Source: Candidatus Kaiserbacteria bacterium RIFCSPHIGHO2_01_FULL_54_36 (GTDB taxonomy: Bacteria; Patescibacteriota; Minisyncoccia; Phycocordibacterales; UBA2100). Taken from it: DNA of 51,922 nucleotides. Under the pieces are notes generated by a model. It did not search any database, was not told the DNA's origin, and was given only the letters and a program-made list of their open reading frames with translations. This document shows positions 17,743 through 25,677 of the stretch, piece after piece. The stretch lies in contig MFKV01000031.1 in NCBI GenBank assembly GCA_001781105.1, forward strand, positions 1-51,922, in the 5' to 3' direction. The position numbers and the translations under genes were made by a program. Within the stretch, counting starts at the first letter, position 1, and every line of letters begins with the position of its first letter.

Positions 17743-18210
17743 ATGACCGGGACAACACACTTGCCTCAAACACTCCTTGTCGTCATCGTATCTTTTCTTA
17801 TTGCATGGGGACTCGCCCATTCTGCGCAAGCGCAAGAGACACCGGCCGAGCTTAGTGCCACGATCCGCGCAGAGCTCATGAGCGATCCACGAACCGCCGG
17901 TCTTTCAGAAGCGCAGATCGAGGGATTGGTAAACCTTCTTACACAAGAAGCGCAAAAACAGGGAGTCACCTCGCGCGATATACAGTGGCGTCCGCAACAG
18001 TACGGGAACGCCGAGGATGACGTTCCAATGGATTACTGTGGCGCAACACCAGCGCTCTTGTGCGCCTTTAGCACCGCGTTCGGCTTAGCCGGCACCGATC
18101 CGACGATCCCCTTCACACTCGGCGCAGCTTCGATGGGGCTTATCTGGATACTTGCCGAAATGATCCATCGCCGCAGACATCCATATATAAGTGCCCCTCC
18201 GACTGTCTGA
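17743..18210 (+). CDS. secreted/membrane protein (signal peptide + C-terminal TM)
   Basis: 155 aa. 'LLVVIVSFLIAWGLAHSAQAQ' signal and C-terminal 'GAASMGLIWILAEMI' TM segment. Confidence 0.5.
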   Translation: MTGTTHLPQTLLVVIVSFLIAWGLAHSAQAQETPAELSATIRAELMSDPRTAGLSEAQIEGLVNLLTQEAQKQGVTSRDIQWRPQQYGNAEDDVPMDYCGATPALLCAFSTAFGLAGTDPTIPFTLGAASMGLIWILAEMIHRRRHPYISAPPTV

Positions 18211-18211
18211 T

Positions 18212-18239
18212 TTGCGTTTTTTCTCTCCTTGCGTATACT
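18212..18239 (+). promoter_or_regulatory. sigma70-type promoter TTGCGT-16 nt-TATACT upstream of rplC
   Basis: The -35 box is at 18212-18217 and the -10 box at 18234-18239, directly after the previous gene's stop. Confidence 0.55.
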
Positions 18240-18312
18240 GCCCCCACGTCCTCCTTCGCTAAAGCTACGGATGGACAAGCTACGTCCCCATAGGGACCAA
18301 TGGTGCGGGTCT

Positions 18313-18335
18313 CCGCGCTGTTGCGCGGATTTTTC
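18313..18335 (+). terminator. terminator-like attenuator hairpin in the rplC leader
   Basis: CCGCGC-tgtt-GCGCGG followed by ATTTTT. It lies about 70 nt before the rplC start. Confidence 0.45.
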
Positions 18336-18402
18336 GTAACTATGAACCCCGTTAGAAGTAACGGGATACGGGTTGGGAAATCAAAATGATTCAATAAAAC
18401 GT

Positions 18403-19029
18403 ATGACAGAGAAAACTTCTAACGGGGTGAAATTCATGCTCGCAACCAAGGGCCGTATGACGCAAGTCTTCGACGAGAAGGGGACTGTTGCCGCTGCCAC
18501 AATTCTTACTGCAGGGCCCCTTATCGTGACCCAGCTCAAGAGTGCCGAAAAAGACGGCTACGCAGCAGTACAAGTGGGGTTCCGCGCCAAAAAAGAATCT
18601 CGCGTCAACAAAGCACAAAGTGGCAAGCCATTTCGAGTGTTCCGCGAATTCTCGCTCGAAGCATCCTCGCAGCCAGAAGCTGCCGCTTCCATTGACGTGT
18701 CTATCTTTACGCCGGGCGACATCGTCGCGGTATCAGCAACTTCAAAAGGAAAAGGATTTCAGGGCGTCGTAAAGCGCCACGGATTCCATGGGGGCCCGAG
18801 AAGCCACGGACAGAAGAACAGGGAACGCTCTCCCGGCTCTATCGGCGGCGGCGGCCGTGCAGGCGGGCGAGTCGTCAAAGGCATGCGTATGGCAGGCAGA
18901 ATGGGAAATGAGCGCATCACGGTAAAGAATCTAAAAGTCTTGCAAGTGGATGTAGCCTCCAATACACTCGTCATTTCCGGCGCTATTCCTGGCTCACCGG
19001 GGACGCTTGTCGAGATCAGAGGAAATTGA
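18403..19029 (+). CDS. rplC: 50S ribosomal protein L3
   Basis: 'KFMLATKGRMTQVFDEKGTVAAATIL...' and 'KGKGFQGVVKRHGF.GG..SHG' are L3 signatures. The start is uncertain (18403, 18427 GTG or 18436). Confidence 0.93.
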   Translation: MTEKTSNGVKFMLATKGRMTQVFDEKGTVAAATILTAGPLIVTQLKSAEKDGYAAVQVGFRAKKESRVNKAQSGKPFRVFREFSLEASSQPEAAASIDVSIFTPGDIVAVSATSKGKGFQGVVKRHGFHGGPRSHGQKNRERSPGSIGGGGRAGGRVVKGMRMAGRMGNERITVKNLKVLQVDVASNTLVISGAIPGSPGTLVEIRGN

Positions 19030-19059
19030 AAATTTCAAACTTAAAATTCTACATTTACT
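19030..19059 (+). repeat. A/T-rich spacer module family 1 (AAATTTCAA..TTAAAATT.TA.ATTT), copy 1
   Basis: rplC-rplD spacer. It resembles the rplX-rplE spacer at 24507-24547. Confidence 0.6.
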
Positions 19060-19743
19060 ATGGAGTCTCCAATTTACAATTCAGCAGGCAAAAAAGTCGG
19101 GAACGTACAACTTCCTGAAAGCGTTTTTAATGTTGCCTGGGGCGACTCGCTGATGCACCAAGTAGTGGTCTCGATGCAAGGAAATGCGAGACCCAATGTG
19201 GCCCATGTGAAAACGCGTGGCGAAGTGCGAGGTGGAGGCCGCAAACCTTGGGCGCAGAAAGGTACAGGCCGCGCGCGCCACGGCTCTACGAGAAGTCCCA
19301 TTTGGAGAGGAGGCGGCGTCACCCATGGGCCTCGCAACGAAAAGAACTATTCTCGTGCGATACCGAAAAAGATGCGCGCAAAGGCGCTTTTCATGGCGCT
19401 TTCACGCAAGTTTAAAGACGGGGAAATTATGTTTGTTGATTCATTTGGGATCTCGGAGCCGAAAACCGCTACAGCCAAGAAGGCACTCACCATGCTCTCA
19501 AGGATCTCGGGCTTTGAGAAACTCGCTGCGAAGAAGAAAAATGCGGCACTCATTGCATTCGCCGATCCCACGGATGCGGGGCAAAAGAGTTTCCGCAATA
19601 TCGGTAATGTGAGCGCCACTCCGGTGCGCAACTTGAACCCAGTCTCCGTGCTCGGCAGCACCTACCTCGTTATCGAGAATCCCGAGGCGGCGATCGCGAT
19701 CGTCGAGAGCCGAGTAAGAAAAGGCGAGGTAAAGACACAATAA
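19060..19743 (+). CDS. rplD: 50S ribosomal protein L4
   Basis: 'RGGGRKPWAQKGTGRARHGSTRSPIWRGGGVTHGP' is the L4 core. Confidence 0.95.
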   Translation: MESPIYNSAGKKVGNVQLPESVFNVAWGDSLMHQVVVSMQGNARPNVAHVKTRGEVRGGGRKPWAQKGTGRARHGSTRSPIWRGGGVTHGPRNEKNYSRAIPKKMRAKALFMALSRKFKDGEIMFVDSFGISEPKTATAKKALTMLSRISGFEKLAAKKKNAALIAFADPTDAGQKSFRNIGNVSATPVRNLNPVSVLGSTYLVIENPEAAIAIVESRVRKGEVKTQ

Positions 19744-19747
19744 TAAT

Positions 19748-20131
19748 ATGGCGTGGTTCAAAAAAAATAAGCCTGAAGAGAAGAAAGTGCGTCCTGAAGC
19801 AGAGGCTCCACGTGGCGACGCCTTGGGGAACTCTAAAGGCGTCGCCTCAACCACTGCAACGCTGGCGCACGTGCTGCGCCATGCGCGCATCACCGAAAAA
19901 GCGACGATGCATTCTGCTGATAGCGTGTACACGTTCGATATCGCAGCGCGCGCTTCGAAGCGCGACGTTATCGCCGCAGTACGCGCTCTCTATAAAGTGA
20001 CGCCGCGCATGGTGCGTGTGGTCACAATCCGCGCGAAGATGAGGCGCAATGCCCGCACCGGCAAGCGCGGAGTAACAAGCGGTGGCAAGAAGGCATACGT
20101 GTACCTTAAAAAAGGAGAGACTATCACGTAA
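19748..20131 (+). CDS. rplW: 50S ribosomal protein L23 with N-terminal extension
   Basis: 'ITEKATMHSADSVYTFDIAARASKRDVIAAVRALYKVTP..V' is L23-like. Confidence 0.9.
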   Translation: MAWFKKNKPEEKKVRPEAEAPRGDALGNSKGVASTTATLAHVLRHARITEKATMHSADSVYTFDIAARASKRDVIAAVRALYKVTPRMVRVVTIRAKMRRNARTGKRGVTSGGKKAYVYLKKGETIT

Positions 20132-20326
20132 TTGTTATGAGCGAAGCGGATTACAAGTACGAGACCCTCCCACATTTTCCGCTCAATGCGTTAGAGTCGA
20201 ATATAGCACTGTGTCAGAGACCCGTCTCAACAATGCGCCGTGTATGGCAGCCAGTTGTGCGAGCGGAAAATGTGGGAGGGTGTAAGTTGTTTCTAAACTC
20301 GATTACTCTCGTTAAGAAAAACTAAC
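20132..20326 (+). repeat. structured spacer element family 4, copy A (TGTTATGAGC head, 20-bp perfect stem, conserved 46-nt tail)
   Basis: Stem arms 20165-20184 and 20261-20280 are perfect reverse complements. The tail at 20281-20326 matches 24155-24200 at about 39 of 46 positions. Confidence 0.8.
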
Positions 20327-21169
20327 ATGAAATCCTACAAACCAACGACAAAATCAGAGCGGCAGCACACGAGCATCGAATACCGGAAGCTCCTTTCGGG
20401 GCACAAGCCCCACAAGCCGCTCATGAAAGGCGCGCGAAGCTTCGGCGGTCGCAACTCGTTCGGCCGCATTACGGTGCGTCACCAAGGCGGCGGGCACAAG
20501 AAAAATCACCGCCTGGTGGATTTCCGCTTCGACAAGAAAGATATCCCTGCAAAGATCACATCAATAGAATACGATCCATTCCGCTCAGCATTTATCGGCC
20601 TTGCGGTGTACAAAGATGGTGAGAAGCGCTACGTCGTCCTTCCGCAAAAAGTGAAAGTCGGCGACACGTTCCTCGTTTCCGAAACTGCACCCCTCACTCC
20701 CGCCAATCGCTTGCCGCTTGGCAATATGCCGGTCGGCACATTTGTCTACAACATCGAATTGAGACCGGGCGAAGGCGGTGTCATTGCACGCTCCGCCGGC
20801 AACTACTGTGAGGTCATTGCGCAAGACGCTGGTTATACGCACCTGAAGATGCCTTCGACGGAGGTGCGCAGAGTTATCTCGACCGCCTGGGCTTCTATTG
20901 GCGAAGCTTCCAATGAAGAGCATCGATTGGTAAATCTTGGGAAAGCCGGCCGCAGCCGCTGGATGGGTGTCAGGCCCACGGTTCGCGGAACTGCCATGAA
21001 CCCGGTCGACCACCCCCACGGCGGAGGCGAAGGGCGCCAAGGCCGAGGATCGCGCCGCCAGAAGACCATGTGGGGCAAGCCCGCAGGCAAGGGGCAGAAG
21101 ACCCGCCACCCGAAGAAATACTCCAACGTCTTTATCGTGTCTCGGCGTAAAGTAGGGAAGAGAAAATAA
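20327..21169 (+). CDS. rplB: 50S ribosomal protein L2
   Basis: '[18 protein letters not shown]' and '[18 protein letters not shown]' are L2 signatures. Confidence 0.97.
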   Translation: MKSYKPTTKSERQHTSIEYRKLLSGHKPHKPLMKGARSFGGRNSFGRITVRHQGGGHKKNHRLVDFRFDKKDIPAKITSIEYDPFRSAFIGLAVYKDGEKRYVVLPQKVKVGDTFLVSETAPLTPANRLPLGNMPVGTFVYNIELRPGEGGVIARSAGNYCEVIAQDAGYTHLKMPSTEVRRVISTAWASIGEASNEEHRLVNLGKAGRSRWMGVRPTVRGTAMNPVDHPHGGGEGRQGRGSRRQKTMWGKPAGKGQKTRHPKKYSNVFIVSRRKVGKRK

Positions 21170-21251
21170 CCTCTTTCCGCCTTTATCTTGCGCTCATGCC
21201 CATTTTCCTATACATTGTGCGGACGCCCGCGAGGCGTTTTTAATTGAAACT

Positions 21252-21602
21252 ATGACACGATCGCTCAAGAAAGGTCCGTACGTGGACGTCAAATTGATGA
21301 AGAAAGTCTCTCTCCGAAAAAGCGGGCAGGGAGCTATTAAGACGTGGGCTAGAAGCTCGCAGATCGCGCCAGAATTCGTCGGCTACACATTTGCAGTGCA
21401 CACGGGCAAGAATTTCGACGAGATTTTTGTGACCGAAGACATGGTAGGGCACCGCCTCGGAGAATTCGCGCCGACGACTAAATTCATCAAACACGGCGGC
21501 CGCATGCAAAAAGAGACCGAAATGGCGGCGAAAGCCGCCGAGGTCGCAGCTGCAACAGCAGCGAAAGCGACTGCAACGACGACCGCCGCCGCTAAAAAGT
21601 GA
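21252..21602 (+). CDS. rpsS: 30S ribosomal protein S19 with Ala-rich C-terminal tail
   Basis: '[12 protein letters not shown]' and '[26 protein letters not shown]' are S19-like. Confidence 0.95.
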   Translation: MTRSLKKGPYVDVKLMKKVSLRKSGQGAIKTWARSSQIAPEFVGYTFAVHTGKNFDEIFVTEDMVGHRLGEFAPTTKFIKHGGRMQKETEMAAKAAEVAAATAAKATATTTAAAKK

Positions 21603-21606
21603 TTTT

Positions 21607-21640
21607 CTACTAACTACGTACTACTTTCTACTAACTATTC
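21607..21640 (+). repeat. G-free spacer module family 2 (CTACTAACTACGYACTACTTTCTACTAACTATTC), copy 1
   Basis: 33 of 34 positions identical to 22031-22064. It lies immediately 5' of the rplV ATG. Confidence 0.9.
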
Positions 21641-21643
21641 ATT

Positions 21644-22030
21644 ATGAAAGCACTCCTCACCAACTATCACCAGTCGCCCCGCAAGGTCCGGCTCGTCGCC
21701 GATCTTATCCGTGGCAAATCTGTTGTTGCAGCGCGCGCGGCGCTTTTGTATCTCCCGAAGAAATCTTCGCCCGTGATCGGCAAGCTTTTGGATAGTGCCA
21801 TTGCGAACGCAAGCAGGGTAGGAGCGACGGCGGAAAATCTTTTTGTGAAAACCATCACGGTCAATAAAGGCGGCGTCATGCGCCGCACGAGGCCGTTTGC
21901 TCGCGGTCGCGCGGGACGAATCAACAAGACAATGAGCATCGTTTTCTTAGAGCTCGGCACGTCTGCGAGCGTCAAAACTCCCAAAAAATCGAATCGCAAA
22001 GCAGCGGCTAAAAAAGTTGCCGCGAAATAA
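21644..22030 (+). CDS. rplV: 50S ribosomal protein L22
   Basis: 'SPRKVRLVADLIRGKSV..A...L' is L22-like. Confidence 0.93.
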   Translation: MKALLTNYHQSPRKVRLVADLIRGKSVVAARAALLYLPKKSSPVIGKLLDSAIANASRVGATAENLFVKTITVNKGGVMRRTRPFARGRAGRINKTMSIVFLELGTSASVKTPKKSNRKAAAKKVAAK

Positions 22031-22064
22031 CTACTAACTACGCACTACTTTCTACTAACTATTC
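22031..22064 (+). repeat. G-free spacer module family 2, copy 2
   Basis: 33 of 34 positions identical to 21607-21640. It lies immediately 5' of the rpsC ATG. Confidence 0.9.
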
Positions 22065-22068
22065 CAAT

Positions 22069-22770
22069 ATGACCCACACTGTACATCCATACGCCCACCG
22101 ACTCGGCATCATTCGCGATTGGAAGTCGCGTTGGTTCGCCAAGTCTCCCGCAAAATACCGTGAGAACGTCTGCGTGGATGCCGCGATCCGTCGCTTCCTC
22201 AAGAAGCGCTTGCGCGGCAATTACGTTTGCTCCGTTGAGATCGAGCGCAACGAAAAAGCCATCCGTGTCATCATCAAGACCTCGCGCCCGGGCCTCGTCA
22301 TCGGCCGCGGCGGGGAAGGCTCTGTCAAGCTCACCAAAGAAATCGAAGCGATCATTCGGACGGTACCGCATGCCGAACGAAAAGCAGTGCGTCTCGATAT
22401 CGAAGAGGTCCGCTCGCCAGAATCTCAAGCGCCCGTCATTGCGTACATGGTCGCTGAAGGGCTGGAGAAGCGACAAACGTTCCGCAGGGTGCTGAAGCAG
22501 ACAGTAGAAAAGGTCATGGCGAATCGCGACGTGAAAGGCGTGCGCATCGCTATCGCAGGCCGCCTCGGCGGGGCGGAGATGTCCCGGACCGAAGAGATAA
22601 AGCGCGGAAGGGTGCCTCTGCAAACGCTTCGTGCCGACATCGATTTCGCGCGGGAACAGGCGTACCTTCCATACGGCGTTATCGGCATCAAAGTATGGAT
22701 TTACAGAGGAGAAGTCTTCGCCGACGACAAGAAGTCCGCCCAAGGCGGATCAGCCTCGGGCCGAAAATAA
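22069..22770 (+). CDS. rpsC: 30S ribosomal protein S3
   Basis: 'HPYAHRLGIIRDWKSRWFA' and 'GRLGGAEMSRTE' are S3-like. Confidence 0.96.
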   Translation: MTHTVHPYAHRLGIIRDWKSRWFAKSPAKYRENVCVDAAIRRFLKKRLRGNYVCSVEIERNEKAIRVIIKTSRPGLVIGRGGEGSVKLTKEIEAIIRTVPHAERKAVRLDIEEVRSPESQAPVIAYMVAEGLEKRQTFRRVLKQTVEKVMANRDVKGVRIAIAGRLGGAEMSRTEEIKRGRVPLQTLRADIDFAREQAYLPYGVIGIKVWIYRGEVFADDKKSAQGGSASGRK

Positions 22771-22773
22771 TCT

Positions 22774-23196
22774 ATGCTCGCACCAAAAAAAGCAAAATAC
22801 AGAAAGTGGCAAACCGGTCGCCGCGGGGGCAGACGCCTCGTCGCTCCTGAGACCCGCGGAATAACGGTCGCGTTCGGAAGTTTTGGTCTAAAAGCGCTCT
22901 CGCAAGCGCGCGTCACGTCTAATCAGATCGAGGCAGCGCGCCGCGCGCTCACGCGTGCGGCGGGGAAGTCTGCCAAGATCTGGACGCGCATCTTCCCGGA
23001 CAGGCCGTTCACGCAAAAAGCTGCGGAAGTCGGTATGGGATCCGGCAAGGGCGACGTGCAAGGATATGTCTTTGATGTGCGCCCGGGCCGCGTCATATTC
23101 GAGATCGACGGCGCGCCGGAGCCCATGGCGCGTGAAGCTCTACGCAAAGCGGGCACGAAATTGCCTTTGCGAGCGCGCGTTGTCACGCGAGACTAA
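22774..23196 (+). CDS. rplP: 50S ribosomal protein L16
   Basis: 'MLAPKKAKYRKWQTGR' and 'IWTRIFPDRPFTQKAAEVGMGSGKG' are L16-like. Confidence 0.96.
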   Translation: MLAPKKAKYRKWQTGRRGGRRLVAPETRGITVAFGSFGLKALSQARVTSNQIEAARRALTRAAGKSAKIWTRIFPDRPFTQKAAEVGMGSGKGDVQGYVFDVRPGRVIFEIDGAPEPMAREALRKAGTKLPLRARVVTRD

Positions 23197-23199
23197 TAT

Positions 23200-23403
23200 A
23201 TGATGGATTTTTCAAAACAAGATGTGGCGGAGTTGCAAAAAGCAATTGCCGACAAACGCGAGGCGCTGCGCGTATTTCGATTCGGGGGGGCGGGAAGTCG
23301 CACGCGCAATGTCCGCGAGGGCAGGGCGCTTCGCCGCGAGATCGCACAGATCCTGACCGAGCTGCGCGCACGAGAACTTGATTCAAAGAGGAACAACGCA
23401 TAG
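23200..23403 (+). CDS. rpmC: 50S ribosomal protein L29
   Basis: 67 aa with 'L...I.....EL..FRF' in the conserved position between L16 and S17. Confidence 0.85.
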   Translation: MMDFSKQDVAELQKAIADKREALRVFRFGGAGSRTRNVREGRALRREIAQILTELRARELDSKRNNA

Positions 23404-23416
23404 GATACGCATTCAT

Positions 23417-23683
23417 ATGGAAAATGAGATCAAAAGTGGGAAAACCTTCGAAGGCGTTGTCGTAAAGGCAGCAATGAAAGACACGGCAACCGTGCAGGTG
23501 GAGCGCTACGTGAAGCATCCGAAGTACAAGAAGTTCATGCGCCTCAATAGGAAATTCCTTGTGCATGATGTGGGCAACACGGCGCAAGTCGGAGACAAAG
23601 TTGTGATTCGAGAAACGCGCCCGATCTCTCGCCGCAAACACTTCATTTTGGTTTCCCGCATAACGTCCGTGAAGGCAGAATAA
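23417..23683 (+). CDS. rpsQ: 30S ribosomal protein S17
   Basis: 'GKTFEGVVVKAAMKDTATVQVERYVKHPKYKKF...HD....VGDKVVIRETRPISRRKHF'. ATG 23417 is chosen over the ORF-track start at 23378. Confidence 0.93.
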   Translation: MENEIKSGKTFEGVVVKAAMKDTATVQVERYVKHPKYKKFMRLNRKFLVHDVGNTAQVGDKVVIRETRPISRRKHFILVSRITSVKAE

Positions 23684-23687
23684 TCGT

Positions 23688-24068
23688 ATGATCCAAGACC
23701 GAACACTCGTTAAAATCGCAGATAATTCCGGGGGCATCATAGGCCGGGTCTTTAAGGTATTGGGTGGCTCGAAGCGCCGCTACGCGGGCATTGGCGACGA
23801 GGTCGTGATATCTATCCAGACCGCACAACCGCGCAAAGCAGTCAAGAAGAAGGAAGTGCACCGCGCAGTTGTGGTGCGCCAGACAAAAGCACTCCGACGC
23901 ACCGACGGCTCGTACGTACGTTTTGATGAGAATGCCGTTGTCCTTATCACCGGATCGGGTAAAGAGCCAAAAGAGCCAAAAGCAAACCGCGTATTCGGGC
24001 CCATCCCGCGTGAAGTCGTGGAGCGCGGCTATCAGCGCATCGGATCTTTGGCTCCTGAAATTGTTTAG
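23688..24068 (+). CDS. rplN: 50S ribosomal protein L14
   Basis: 'MIQDRTLVKIADNSGG' and 'YVRFDENAVVLI' are L14-like. Confidence 0.96.
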   Translation: MIQDRTLVKIADNSGGIIGRVFKVLGGSKRRYAGIGDEVVISIQTAQPRKAVKKKEVHRAVVVRQTKALRRTDGSYVRFDENAVVLITGSGKEPKEPKANRVFGPIPREVVERGYQRIGSLAPEIV

Positions 24069-24070
24069 AA

Positions 24071-24200
24071 TCTGTTATGAACAACGTGAATTACAGATTC
24101 TTAACCCTGTTAAATCCCGCCGAGGGCGGGTCGGCGAAGCCGAATTTAACAGGGTGTAAGTTATTTCTAAACTCGCTAACGCTCGCTAAGAAAAACTAAC
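24071..24200 (+). repeat. structured spacer element family 4, copy B
   Basis: TGTTATGAAC head at 24073. 12-bp stem between 24104-24115 and 24144-24155. Conserved tail at 24155-24200, ending at the rplX ATG. Confidence 0.8.
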
Positions 24201-24506
24201 ATGAAGCTAAAGAAAGGAGACAAAGTGCTGGTAATAGCGGGGAAAAACAAAGGAAAAAGCGGAGCGATCGTGCGCGTTTTGGTGCACGACAACATGGTAC
24301 TCCTCGACGGCATCAATCTCGTAAAGCGCCATCGTCGGCCCTCGGCTCAGAATCGCAAAGGGCAAATCGTCGATAAGCCCATGCCTATACATGCATCCAA
24401 TGTCATGCTTGCTGATCCAAAAACCGGCAAGCCGACGCGCATTAGGATCGTACGCAAGGACGGAGCGCGCCAACGAATTGCTGTTAAGAGTGGAGAAGAA
24501 GTATAA
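24201..24506 (+). CDS. rplX: 50S ribosomal protein L24
   Basis: 'MKLKKGDKVLVIAGKNKGKSG' is the KOW motif of L24. Confidence 0.95.
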   Translation: MKLKKGDKVLVIAGKNKGKSGAIVRVLVHDNMVLLDGINLVKRHRRPSAQNRKGQIVDKPMPIHASNVMLADPKTGKPTRIRIVRKDGARQRIAVKSGEEV

Positions 24507-24547
24507 TTGCAAATTTTCAATTTAAAATTTTAAATTTGAACTCGCTT
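24507..24547 (+). repeat. A/T-rich spacer module family 1, copy 2
   Basis: AAATTTTCAATTTAAAATTTTAAATTTGAA resembles 19030-19059. Confidence 0.6.
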
Positions 24548-25090
24548 ATGCATGTCACGACCACACCACGACAAACGACATTCAACGCCATGAAGGCAGA
24601 ATTCGCATATACCAACCCAATGCAAGCACCGAGGATCCAAAAAATCGTTATTTCCACAGGCGTTGGAAAGGTCAACAAGGATAAGAAGCGCCTTGAACTC
24701 GTCGAAGATCGACTCGCTCGCATTACCGGCCAGCACGCGGCACCTCGCGCCGCGAAAAAGGCGATCGCGAATTTCAAAAGCCGGACAGGTGACACGGTCG
24801 GCTACCAAGTGACACTCCGCGGCGCGCGCATGCAGGCGTTCCTCGACAAGCTCATCCACATCGTTTTTCCTCGCGTCAAAGATTTCCGCGGCTTGAAGAC
24901 AAGTGCGATCGATGAAATGGGTAACATCACGTTGGGTCTCAAGGAGCACACGGTATTCCCAGAAGCGTCCGATGAGGATGCAAAAGATATCTTCGGGCTC
25001 GCGATCACGATCACGACAACTGCCAAGAACAAGAAAGAGGCAGAAAGTTTCCTGCGCCACATTGGCCTGCCGTTGCAAACGAACGCGTAG
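24548..25090 (+). CDS. rplE: 50S ribosomal protein L5
   Basis: 'NPMQAPRIQKIVISTGVG' and 'LRGARMQAFLDKLIHIVFPRVKDFRG' are L5-like. ATG 24548 is preferred over TTG 24536. Confidence 0.95.
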   Translation: MHVTTTPRQTTFNAMKAEFAYTNPMQAPRIQKIVISTGVGKVNKDKKRLELVEDRLARITGQHAAPRAAKKAIANFKSRTGDTVGYQVTLRGARMQAFLDKLIHIVFPRVKDFRGLKTSAIDEMGNITLGLKEHTVFPEASDEDAKDIFGLAITITTTAKNKKEAESFLRHIGLPLQTNA

Positions 25091-25254
25091 CGTTCGTTTA
25101 GGACGAGAACTTCTTCTCGTCCGGCAACAGGCAAGAGGCGGAGCGATGTTTTTGCGAAGCAAAAACCGTGAGCCCGGGGAGGAAGCACTTAGATTTTCTG
25201 AGTGCAAAGCACGATAGAAAATCTTAGTGACTTGACCCTGCCGCTCCAAGAGAG

Positions 25255-25290
25255 CAAATAAAACAAACGAGCGCCCGTGGGCGCCCGCTT
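25255..25290 (-). terminator. intrinsic terminator of the antisense small gene
   Basis: In minus sense: AGCGGGCGCC-cacg-GGCGCTCGTT (about 10 bp including G:U pairs), then TTGTTTTATTTG. Confidence 0.65.
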
Positions 25291-25300
25291 CGTGTCGGTC

Positions 25301-25569
25301 TCATTGGACCGTGTCGTATTGGAGCTCGTTGCCTTTGTCGTCGACCGCAGCCCAACACATGTAAGGGATGCGCTTACCTTTGACGAACTGGATCGCCAAA
25401 TCCTTGTCGTCGTAATCGCCGACCAGGTAAAGCTTCCGTGCTTCGTCATCGACCATCTCGGGTCCATAGTCGATACAGACCACGCGGAATTTGCCGACCG
25501 GCGCAACGAGGTCTTCTTCACTGATAGGGTGGTCGAAACACCCCTTGTCCTTCCCGTCTGAGAACTCCA
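25301..25569 (-). CDS. acidic hypothetical protein encoded antisense inside the spc operon
   Basis: 89 aa from ATG 25569, 'MEFSDGKDKGCFDHP...'. A GGAGG site lies 5 nt upstream. It has its own promoter and terminator. Confidence 0.65.
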
Positions 25570-25600
25570 TCGCCACCTCCTGCGGTTACGTTGGTGCCAC

Positions 25601-25629
25601 GACTATAGATTCTTTCGTTTGACTTTACA
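25601..25629 (-). promoter_or_regulatory. canonical sigma70 promoter TTGTAA-17 nt-TATAGT for the antisense gene
   Basis: The -35 box is at 25624-25629 and the -10 box at 25601-25606, both on the minus strand. Confidence 0.6.
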
Positions 25630-25651
25630 AGCTATGTCGCATATATTGTCC

Positions 25652-25677
25652 AAGCCTCGTAGGGGGCTTTGTTTTTT
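25652..25677 (+). terminator. plus-strand intrinsic terminator between rplE and rpsN
   Basis: AGCCTC-gtag-GGGGCT (6 bp) followed by TTTGTTTTTT. Confidence 0.5.

Noticed and set aside
22045-22743. Long antisense ORFs opposite well-recognised genes. Examples: 22045-22743(-) against rpsC, 24530-25249(-) against rplE, 35217-36305(-) against the TraD-like ATPase, 12986-13672(+) against DUF692, 33566-34351(-) against purD, 48592-49290(-) against ftsH, and 6298-6909 / 6612-7244(-) against TctC.
   Set aside because: The opposite strand encodes proteins with unmistakable conserved motifs. The antisense translations are low-complexity and Arg/Ala/Ser-rich, with no motifs. This is typical of spurious ORFs in moderately GC-rich DNA.
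25188-25227. The shared 13-mer TAGAAAATCTTAG (25215-25227 and 40142-40154) as part of a mobile repeat family.
   Set aside because: Exact 13-mer matches are expected by chance many times in about 52 kb on two strands. The surrounding sequence is not similar.
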